Below are positions 49,601 to 61,600 of a stretch of 64,000 nt of DNA, in pieces. The stretch spans positions 1 to 64,000 of the forward strand of contig JAAILG010001584.1 in the NCBI GenBank assembly GCA_012026655.1. Direction: 5' to 3'. The position numbers were made by a program, and so were the translations under genes. The notes under the pieces are model-generated. The model worked only from the letters and a program-made list of their open reading frames with translations, was not told the DNA's origin and did not search any database. The stretch comes from Hydrolagus affinis (lineage: Eukaryota). Each line of letters begins with the position of its first letter. The first letter of the stretch is position 1.

Positions 49601-52600
49601 CACATGCGCGCAATGCGTGCGCATGCACACTTATTAAACTTACGAACTTGGAGGTTTTTACTGATTTTTTACCGAGTGTGCTGAAATCTTTATTGGTAAG
49701 CAGCTATACAATATTCTGTTACTATTTAGTATATTATTAATATAGTATGTTTTAAAATAAGTACATTTTTTGTGTTGGGTTTTCAGCAACTTGCCGCCCG
49801 ATTATTTGGCACAGTCAATTAGTCACCCCCCAACCCCCGAGCGTGCCGGATAAACGGGCTTCTACTGTATTACAGGTAAGCATTGGTTTACGACGCTTCT
49901 ATTTAGGACATTTTGATTGAAGGACCATTTTTTTTTAACACCTTTTGATCGATATACGACACTTGGATACGTTTTAAGGACCAAACTTTTTTGGCGCATG
50001 CGCAGTACATATTTTGAATATCACAGTCGCATTTTGTGCTTTCTTTTTGTCCATATGCACAATCCATAGTGTATTCGTGGGTAAATCCAAGCATTTGAAC
50101 TGGCCAATAGCATGTCGCCACGTTATTGTTTAAAAGCCAGCTGGTTTTGAAGCGACACCATGCCACGTCAGTATTACAGTAATTTCCGAACATTCCCGAG
50201 CGATTTACAGCCTCTACCATGCTTCTACCAAGTCGGGGAAGAGACAGCAGTAAGTGAAATGAGAAGCGGTAATACCGCTAGTGGCCAGAAACCCCACAAA
50301 GTCATCACTTTCAATACCAAATTGAAGGTGATAAAGCGCATCGATTCTGGTGAAAAAGGTATGGATGTCGGGAGGGCTTTAGTGCTAGCTAGATCGACGG
50401 TGGCGACTATAAAACAGAATAAGGACAATATACTGACAAGTTCAAGGTGTGTTACAGCTACAGGTGCAAGCAGATTAGCAAAACATAGGAGTGATGTGAT
50501 GGAAAACATGGAAAGAATGCTGAGTGTCTGGACTGAGGATCAGAACCAGCGTAATATACCATACAATATACCATACAGTTACCCCCCTTCTTGCGTGTGT
50601 TAATTTGCATGTTATGTTGTGTGGTTTTGTGTGTTATTTAGTGGGATTAAGGTCCGAAAATTTTGTGAAAAGAACGCATCTCTGATTAAATAATGGGCCT
50701 GCATGGGAAATCGCATTTCGATTTAGGACGTGTCGATATACATACAGTTTTTCAGGAACACAACCCCGTCGTAAATAGAGGTTTACCTGAATAGTAAAAC
50801 CTTGATAATCCGACATTCCAAAAGATGGCAACTGGTGGAGCTCGGGCACCTTTTGGCTTCAGTGCTGTGTTTACAGCACATGTGATGTATGCAGCAGGGC
50901 TTCCCTAGGTCGGTGTGTAAATACCGACAAACTCCAAAATCCGGGATGCGTGGGCCCCATAATGCCAGATTATCAAGGTTCTACTAAATGCAATTTCCTA
51001 CTGCTCGTGAACGCAAGTATTTCTTGTTGCTTCAAACTTAGGTTCTGCAGTTTGGAGACTGACATCATATAGGGAGTTTTTAAAAATTCTTCCAGTAACA
51101 ATTTTATCTTTGTAGTTCAGAAACCTATTTTGAAAAAATAACCATTCACATTGTTCTTGGAACTAAATGGCAAATACAAGGAATGTGCTGTCAGTATTGT
51201 AGTTCACTGGTGAATTAACCTCACCGTAAACTCAACATACACTGTAATTTAAACTCAAGAGTTTCGACACTTAATAAATCCTTGTTTTCACCCCAATTTT
51301 TTTATATCATTAGAATCTCTCACTTAAAGTACAACTTAAGTATGTTCACCTATAACCATCCAAATAGCTGCAGTAATGGTAATGGAAATACAGACCACCC
51401 ACAGTAGTTTGACATCAATAAATATATTGCATAATTTATAATAATAATAATCCTTGTATTTGATATAGCTCTTTTCACGTCTTATCGACGTCTCAAAGCG
51501 CTTCACAGAATATACTGTAAAGTGAATTGACTGTATATTTTGTGGGCGAAACGCGGCAGCCAATTGCACACAGCAGCATCCCACAAACAGTCGTGGATTG
51601 AAATGACCAATTTTTATGGATTATTATTATTATACTATAGATGATAAATTGGAGTTTAAGATATTCCTGTCCTCAATTCTGTCTGTAAATTCCTCTAGGC
51701 CACTTTAATCTTCTCAACATTTAACTGGATTTCATTAAAGCAGTCAGGCTCAATGACAATCTGATCTGGATGGTTCTATTTGTAAGACTTTGGAAGAGAC
51801 AATGAGTTGAAACATCACAGCACAATTTCAATGAAGGAACAATCCTGCAGACAAGTATAAACTCAATTAATTATGTATAAATCTTGGTGTAATAAAGACA
51901 ACTGTGACATTATATATACATCATGTGTAAATCTTAGTGTGGTACATTATAGTATAATTAGCTGAGTTCATGGAATTTCTGCCCAATGGGGTGAAAACAT
52001 TTCCAGGAAGTTTTAACCCATTGCCCCAAGTTATTCCAATAAAACTATCTTGCTCAGAATATCACTGAACCAGATAGTTTTACTGAAACTCATTCAAAAG
52101 TTAATGACACCTTGAGGCAATAGACAAAATTTCCAGGAAAATTATACATCCACACAGAAATAATGAAGAATCTCAACTAGTCATGTATAATACTCATGGC
52201 ATTATATATATAGACATATATACTGTATATATATATATATATATATATAGTTATACACACACAAAATGCATAAACAAAACACATGCTTTATCATAAAATT
52301 CTGACTAACTCCAAATCATGGGCTTTAGACATTCGGACCCAATTAATGATGCCCTTAAGAGATGATTAAATATATGATGGAGAGTCCATCAATCATACCA
52401 ACAGTTAATGGAGAACTCTCTGTTCCTCTTTTAGCCCTGTGGCAAAAGCACCAGAAGCACAAGACAGTTAAACCTGCAGCCTAAACTCTGATCAGATAAG
52501 AATAATAGATTCTGTCTGGGAAATGAGAATAGCAGGTTGAAAGAATGCTATTAATAATCCTTGCAATTGAATCAGTGCTGTATCACGTCAAAAAGCTTTA

Positions 52601-55600
52601 CAGTAATTAGTTACATGTAGTGACTGTGTAATTGTTGGAAAATGTGGTAGCCTATTTGCACACACAGCAGTATCCCATAGACAGCCAGAAAGTGAATATT
52701 TAATTAGAGAATTCTTGGCCAAAACACCAGCAGAAATTCCTCTTTCTTTTTGAATAGAGTCATGGTTTTTTCAACAACCACTTGAACGGGCAGTCGGGAC
52801 CTTAGTTTAGCATCCCATCCGAATCCAAAGACTGTATCTCCCCCAACCCAGTTCAGCACTTCCCCAACACTGCACTGGATTGCCACTCTTGACAATGAGC
52901 TCAAAGTGCCCGAGACAGGACTCAAAACCATAAACTTCTGGTCCAAGGGCAATACCAAATGGGCAAGATTGGCAGCTATCATCACATAAGGAAGAATAGA
53001 TCACTATTTATAAATGCAAAGCAGTCATGATCACGTAAATGTATTCAGTTTACCTTATCCGTGATCTTTACTTTTTTGCGATCCAGTTCAGTGAGTTTCG
53101 GTGCCTTGTAAAGTGCAGTTAGCCAATAATCTGGATTGTCCTAAACAAGGAACAATATGAGAAAGAGTTAGTTTAGTTCTGAGAGTCCCAGATACATGTC
53201 TTAAACTAGTTATTATATTGGCCTTATTTGCACCTGCCAGAATAATAAGAATCCTCGCATTCAGTTACATCAGTTTAATGCCTCATCTGAAAGAGAATGC
53301 AACGCTGCCCACCTACACGGGAATGTCAATTTAGAGCATGAGATCAAAGACTTCAACATGAAATTTCAACACTGACAACCTACTGACTTCCAGGTGAGAG
53401 TGCTATTAAGTGAGCTGAGGCTGAGACACAAAAAATAAAGATAATATGTGAACAAAGAGAATAGGAGGGAAAAATGAAATGCTTTCCATTCCTGTCCTAT
53501 CATAAGTCACCAGAATATCAGCCATCAATCTCTATCCTCTAGAAATCTTTCTCAAAACCAGTTGACCTTATTTGCCTCGTTTTCAGACTTCAAAATGCTT
53601 CTAAAACTATGTCTCTTCAACCGTGCCTTTTGCTAAAGATCTTTAAATCTTTATTTTGATGCTTGTTGTCCACAACTATTTTTGTCAAATGCTTTGAGAT
53701 TTTCTCTTCCACAAAGGGGCCTATACATAATATAATAATATAATAATCCTTGCATGTGTTACAGTCGTCTAGACGCCTCAAAGTGCATCACAGAATATAC
53801 AGTAAAGTGAATTGATTGTTTTGTGGGCGAAATGCAGCAGCCAATTGTGCACAGCAGTGTCCCACAGAAATCATGGATTGAAATAACCAATTTTATTATT
53901 TTTTATGAAGGATTATTATTAGATGTGTGGAGTAAGGAAACTTGCCCAAGGTTTCATTCACCCTGTCTAGAATTGAACCTTCCAAGGCGAGTGCTTCAAC
54001 CACTGAGTTACAGGACAGTACACTCTGACTTCACTTCCACATCGGCCATTACAACACATGACGATAGTCTGCATGTGGCTAAGTGGTATCCTTCCCATAC
54101 ATATGCCAGAAGCAAATTATTTTAGGTGAATTTCTTACTGATAGCCCATACCTGAATTGGGTTGTTAAGCAGGTTCAGCACTTCCACATATGGGAGATTT
54201 TCTATATGGTTCAGCTCATTCAATTCGCTGATCTGTAGTTAATAGAAAGGAATATACAGTAGTGACAATATAAAGGGAAATGCTTTAAAGGCTTTATGTA
54301 CCCATGGTAACTAATCAACATTTACCAATTGCAAATTCATCTTGATTCTGTGCTGTCACATATAAGCCAAATCTGATATTTTCAGATGTTTGGAGGATGG
54401 GAAATGGGGAGACTAAAAGGATACAAAGTTAGTCCTTATCGCAATAACTTATCACACAACTTTGTATGGCAGGATCTTTTATTTAAAACAAATTAGGTCA
54501 GCCAGGTGTCTGACACAGGTAAAAACCTATCACCATGCGACAAACCAAGATGAGACACCCATGCATCCCACCTACATATGGAAATCCCAGAGATAGATTG
54601 TAGGAATGGAATGGCCACTCTCTCCCTGGAGGGACATATCCTGCTTTCCTAATTCCTTAAAGGATTAGGCACAGGTTAGCAAGAGCCAAGGTTTGGGGTC
54701 TCAGTGTGTGCGATGGGATACAGCTAAAACCGCATAGCTTGCCATTGATATCACTTTCTGGCAAGCTTCCCCACTGCTTTTCCAGTTCGGACCACCCTAC
54801 CCATCAGGGCTTTGGCTTGCAGGATTAACAGGAGATGGGTTGGAAGACACCTGCCTGCAGTGAGCCAAGTTGGCTGTGCTACCACCAGCAGTGCCCTGGA
54901 ATGACACGTTATAGAGGAGCGAGGTGGCTGAGAAATAAAATCAGTGCAACCCCACTAAATTTTCAGGTCACCTAGAGAGGTGAAGATACACTTTCCACAG
55001 TTTCCGTGGCATATTGCTAGTCTACACACACTTTGTTACCTGATTGTCCTCTAGATTAATCACTTGCAATAAGTCATGGTCCTCCAGGCCAAGCAAGCAA
55101 CTTATTTTATTTTTTGACAAATCGATCTGCTGCAGGGCGTTCAGTTTCACCAGCTTCATTATGTCTGTGAGATAGTTATCCCGCTGAAAAGAGATTAGAA
55201 CTGTATGAGAAGGAGATGTGAGGTACTTGAGGTCATTTCTAAAATCGCCATTATCTCCTGATAATGACCATTTTTAGAAACTCCGAGACGCTGCCCCCGC
55301 GTGAAGGACACTGTAATAATGCAATCAGAAGACGAGGGCCATTTAGTTGATGTGGTTGTTGATTTGAGTCGAGAATCTCTATATTTCTCCGCGCTCCATT
55401 TGCATTGTTGAACTCAGCAATTTTTCTCTTTGGGAATTTATTTTTTTGGATTAACAACAACAATAAAATTATATTTGTAAAGCGCCTTTCACGTTGAGAG
55501 AACATCCCAAGGTGCTGATCAGTCAGGGATCAGGACCTGAGCATAGGGACAGGGTTGCGATGAGGAAGGGCAGAGGGGAAATTAAATTTAAGGAAATAGT

Positions 55601-58600
55601 TAAATCAACTGCATTAAGAGTTAAGGAACAGCATCATGGCGTGCTGATGCCTTGATGCATTGTGCCAACAAACCGGCAGCAATGAGGATTTTCCTCTCTG
55701 GTTCCCAAAAAAGGCAGGTCCACAATTTGTTTTGTCAGAGAAAAGTGTCAAAACAGAGGTCAGCCATTTTCCTCAGGGAGGAAAACTCACAAGCCAATTC
55801 ACTTGTACGTGTGTTTTTTTTACAAAATCAATTTACGGTGATGCAACCAAACACAATTTTTCTGACCTCATTTCTCTCAGCTATCAGCCTGCATTGCACC
55901 AAGCCAGCAGTTATAGAGTGAGTGGGGGCTGTGACATCTCCTTGGATACAAAGAGGATATTTCAGTCTGAGCCGTAACTCATTGGTAGAACGGGCCTCTC
56001 AGGTGCAGTAGTTCAGACAAACTGAAGAGTAGGGATAATGTAACATGGAAATAGATTCTGATTTTTAAAAAATCAATTATTTTATTAGATGTACAGTACA
56101 TTCATTTACCAAGCTTCTTTCTTTCGGTGGAGCCTCCTGTATGTCTATTGAATGAAAGGGGATGAAATCATTGGATGACACAGAGCAAGGGTATTCCTTT
56201 GTAGCTTGTCTGGTAAAATGGATATGTGATTCTTACCAAAAGGCTTTCTTGAGAGCTTCAGAAATGTTAGGAGCCGCTAGCAATGTCCAAAGCTTACCTC
56301 TGTGCCAAGGGAGTTGGGAAACACACAATGACGACAACAACAATATAGCATCCCTCACACAGGGTGGTGTCCTAGAGTGCTTGATAGTGGCAGAGCACAA
56401 CACTGAGCTGGGGAATGTGACCGTAGGCACAGTGGAAGAGGAAGGACTTCAGGTACGATCTGAAGATGGGGAAGGATAGGGACATGGCAGAGGGAAAGTG
56501 GAAGCTTGCTCCAGAGTGTTGGGGCATGGCAAAAGAAGAACGAATCAAAACTCTCAATAAGAATTGACCTACCAGAGAAAGAAATACAATTGGCAGATCC
56601 TCCAGTCCAGTAATTTCAGAAATATTGTTATGTGCCAAGCTTAGGTATATAAGGCCACTGCAGTTCTTCAAGCCTTTGATTTCAGAGATTTGATTATCTG
56701 TGAACCGGATTAGATATAAGGAAAATATGCTTAAAATATCTGGTACAATAACTAGCCAAAATATTAATAACAACAACAACAACTTTGATTTATATAGCAT
56801 CCTCCACCCCGGACGGCGTCTCAGAGCACTTAATAATCCTTGCACTTGATGCAACATCTTATCGCGTCTTTGAGACGTTTCAAAGCGCTTCACAAAATGT
56901 ACTGTAGAGTTCATTCATTTATCCCTGGAAAAGGCATCCGCCCATCGACTAATACCGGGTTCCTGCTTACTGCTGGATTATTAGAGGTGTGTTGAGTAAA
57001 CAAATTTGAGTAAGGTTTCGCTCTGCCTGGGAATCAAACCCTAGACTTCTCACTTGCGAGGTGAGTGCCCTAACCTCTATGTGATGGGACACCACAATAG
57101 TTACTGATCCAGTTAGTTATCAGTCCTGCTAATGCAAATACTTTTATTTGATCACTCAACATTATAATTGAGCGGAAATGTCACCTTTTATAGGGAATGC
57201 GATTTGGTGATTTGCATTCCTGCAATTTGGGGTCAGATAGTGCTACAGATTTAGCCTCAAGCCCGTTGATACCTTCAAATATAAATTTCCACATAAGTTT
57301 TGGAAGAAATCGTGATGGACTCAACCCCTTGGGAGAAGCCAGGAAACGTTGGTGTCCTAGTTGTGAGTTAAGCACTCTAGAATTACAATCACTTTGTCAC
57401 CCGCAGCTGTAATAAATGGTGTAAAGTAGAACCAGAATGACAAAGTGCCAGCAATTTTCTATTATTCTACTATTAGAATAGACTATTATTCAGCTGACTC
57501 AGGATAAAAATGTCTACCTAATTCATGTATAATTCTGATCCAATATGCTAAACTACTTCCTACTCATTCCCAATATATAAAACCTGTGATCCACTTAAAT
57601 CTATAATCCTGATCTAAGCACAAAATCTGCCCCAATTATCTCGATCTTCATTGCTCAGCAACGTACTGAATATTTTCAATAAAATACATGTCAATCATAG
57701 CATACTGGCTAACAACTTCTTGTAAAGAGTATTTTAGGTACATCATTTGTCACTTTAATTCCGTTGTGGCATAAAAGATAAATTGAGGTTGAGGTACAAT
57801 TTGCTACTTTGTTATACAAGCAGTCTATAGAAATTCAACGTGCAATATTTCTTGACAAACGAGTTGTGCGTTTAACAGGATGTGACTTTAGTCTCAGGAA
57901 ACCACTATATTGTCAAAGCACGATACTCTCCTCATTAGATAAATGAATGGTCAATTATCAATTTAACTGTGCTTTTGGATAACTTAACACCACCCCACCC
58001 CCACCACGCCTATCTTCCCTACAGTTCAAGATCCCGGGGTGCCTGGTGAAGTGCTTTGAGACACTCTCGCAATGTGAATTGTGCAATACAAATGTTGTTG
58101 CTGTATATTCAAACCATATTAATCTCACATTCAAATCCCATGTTACCAGGGATGAGTGGATACAGCTATCAAGAAAGATTGAACAGGTTGCAACATTTTT
58201 CTCTGGATAATTGAGAGGGGACCTAATAGATAAAATTAGATTAAGATTATGAAAGGATTTAATGGGAGTGGATTTTCATTGAAATTTTCCACTTGCAAGT
58301 CCAAAATTGAAGGGTATAAATATAAGATAGTACTGTATAACATTTAATAGGGAGAATAGTCAAATTAATGAGAATAAACTACAGTACAGGTATTTTGCTT
58401 GCTATCAAATACAGAATGGCAGGTTGAATCATACAGTCCTCAAAGGAAGTATCAATATTCAATCAGAACTAAAATTACTGCATTATTATACAAACTATCA
58501 ACCATGTCTATAATAATTATAGCCTCAAGACCTCCAAGTAATAGTACATTCTATTCTGCAAGTAAGCATTCACCAAATACTGTATTTTTTCTGAATTAGG

Positions 58601-61600
58601 GCTCACTTATGTTCAGTAGAAGGCTCTCATGAGAGAGTTTCAATTGCAATTATATCAGGAAGCTATAAATTGTTCATTTGCACCATTAGAACTCAGATCT
58701 GGAACTGGAAAACTAATTGTAATTGAAGGCAATTTTAAAAGCCATTTCTGCGTCTGTCTGACTAAGTATATCGTTTGGTGCATGCTAGGATGGTAGAAGG
58801 CGAACTGGATAGACCTTGGTGTTCTTTCACCTAGTAAATTCTTATGTTCTTAATGCAGTAAAGCACAGCTATAAAGGACTGTGAGTTCCATAATTTGAAA
58901 CAGGCAAAGGATACTGTCCAAAATCAGTTTAGAAAGAAACTGAAAGGCTGATAGATCCTCCATTTCAGATATGTTGTTGTAAGAAAAATCCACTTCCTGC
59001 AATGGAAATGTTAAAGCGAGTGAATTTGGCTGGGATTAAAATGTGATTCTGCCTATTTTCAACCAGTTTTAGTTAGGCAACCACAGCATCATTCAGTGCA
59101 TTAACAATTTTTTTTAATGTATAGTATATTTCATATAATGGATCGAATATAAACAAAAATAATTTCGAGAGGAACAGATTTGAAACACTGCACACTGGAC
59201 ACCAAAGGAAATTTCCAATAAAAAATGTTAACAGATGTGTTAACATCTTGCCCTCTGTTGGGCATATTTTCACAAAGATGTGAATCAATAGTAGCAACCT
59301 GTATCCAACCACTTCAACGGCACTTCATGATTAATTTCTATTGTGCCGTTCTATTCTACCAAAGAAATATTCTTCTTTAAAGCAGGAAGAGGCTGTTTAA
59401 TCAAAGCATTGAGGGAATCCTGCGTAGGAATCATATGCAAAACACAGTTCAGCTCCTTTGAAGCTTCATTCCATGGCACTGCCCTGCAATATATTCATTT
59501 AACCTTCAGTTCTTTGCAGCAAAGCACAATCAGACATTTACATCTGCTTATTTTTTATTTGAGCCAATAGTGAAATTCTTCAGGAAGCTTATTCTGCATA
59601 CACCTGAATATCATTTCTCAGGCCTTTCTCAGCAAAGTAATGTTCATTATCAGAGATAGGAAGAGAGAAATTAATAGCATCAAATAAGTCAACTCTGAAG
59701 GTTTGAAAAGAAAGTGGAATTTAAGAAGGGATAGACTATCCATGGTTAACACCTATTTTGCTGTTCTATAATAATATATTAGATGTATATAGTGCCTTCT
59801 TCAGAAATAAATGTCTCAAAGCACTCCATATAGTTGATTAAAATCAAGGGATAAATGTTTTCATACATAGATAAATATGGCAGCATTTCATTTCTTTGGG
59901 GGTAAATTTGGATAGGAAGAAATATCCAAATATCCAGGAAAAATAACCCAATACCTCTTTTGTAACTTTCGGAACAACATGATGTTGAAGTAAGCGTTTC
60001 TACAAAACTAGAATCTCACCTTAACTTCAGATAATGATTAGAAGCTTTGCACTTGCAATCTACAATGTTAGCCAAACCACGTACAGCTATTGTTTGCATA
60101 TTGATCTTTATGTTACCTCTGGACTGAAATGCTACAATGGCTAAGTGCTAAACAACAGGGTCAAAAATATTTTTCTGGGTTTCTGGTTCAGGATGAGTGA
60201 TGGTGGTGGTTGACTAGTGCTGACATCTAACCTATTGGTCCACATGCTGTCATTATTTGTACATGTTTGAGGGCAGCCAATATGCAACCTAGGCAATAGA
60301 CTATATGGACCTCAGGGATGGTTTGACCCAAGAAAATATAACAACACAAACCCACATCCTCCCAAGTGAGTTTTGCTTTAATGGAAACTAAAAACAATCT
60401 TTTCCCAAGACAACCATCAATCACCAATTTATTTTTGTCTTGTGATTTGAAACTGTACATTCTTCTTAAAACATATAGTATTGCCCTTTACAGGATTTGC
60501 CTATAATAAAATAATAATACTTGCGTTTGATATAGCACCTTATCACGTCTTTGAGACGTCTAAAGCGCTTCACAGAATATACTGTAAAGTGAATTCAGTG
60601 TATCTTTTGAGGAAGAAATTCTGTATAAAGTAAAAAAAATTCTATTCAATTGCTCTCTAAATCCAATCTAACAAAAGATGTCGGGTTATGTTTGCTGACT
60701 GGTATCTCACATCCATTCCTTGCAACCACAATCAGGTTCGAACTGCAGGCTGGAAACTGACATTTTATACAGAATTTCTCTTGTGTGACAATGTAAAGTA
60801 ATGAGTTGAGTAAAGTTCACCCTCAAGAAACAGGAGATACACCAGAAAAAAAAACGATTGCTGTCTATACAAATGTGATTTTGTTGTTGGTAACAAAAAT
60901 GTTGTTAGTTATGGTACACAAACATTCAAAGTGCTGAATGACTAACCGATTGCAGATAAACAGCAGCCAAATATTTTTTAAAAAATTCAAAAAGGACACT
61001 TTAAAACTATTTTTAAGATGTTTTAAACATTTTAAATTACATTCCAGAAAGGGCCCAAACCAAGAACAACTGGTTAGCAACAGGGGAGAGACTCAAAGTC
61101 AGACAGTCAAAATCACTGGTGAGATGTATCGCAGCAGCTAGAGTGAAGAGGAAGACACAATAGACCCCAAGGAAATAACAAATCGACCAAGTGTAGCACA
61201 CAATTTTGGTTGGATCCGAACTGGGAAATTGAGTAGACAAAAGAGGGTGAAACAGTGTAGGTGATGGCTGGAGCGAAGGAAACAACTAAAAGGAAAACAT
61301 ATGTTAAGTAACAGTAAACAGCACTAAAGGGGGTCTAAAGAAACAATGGAAAAACACAATCAAGACATCATGAATATTGTTAGCAATAAAACAGCTGGTG
61401 TGGAGAGAAGGTGAGAGCTGCAGGAGCAAAAATAAAATAATTGTATTCTTCTGTCGGACACACTTGAAGGAAAACACTAAATAAATTGTCTTTTGCAAAC
61501 TTCACAAACAGTAAGTTCTAACTCACACAATGAATCAGCCTTAGACAGCCATTATCTATTTACTATCACAAGATGCTGTAGAAAATCTTCACTTCCCATG

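Noticed and set aside
3358-60600. Recurrent peptides such as [18 protein letters not shown] and [10 protein letters not shown] in many ORFs, and regularly recurring repeats
   Set aside because: These are translations of the dispersed SINE, not a gene family or a CRISPR-like array
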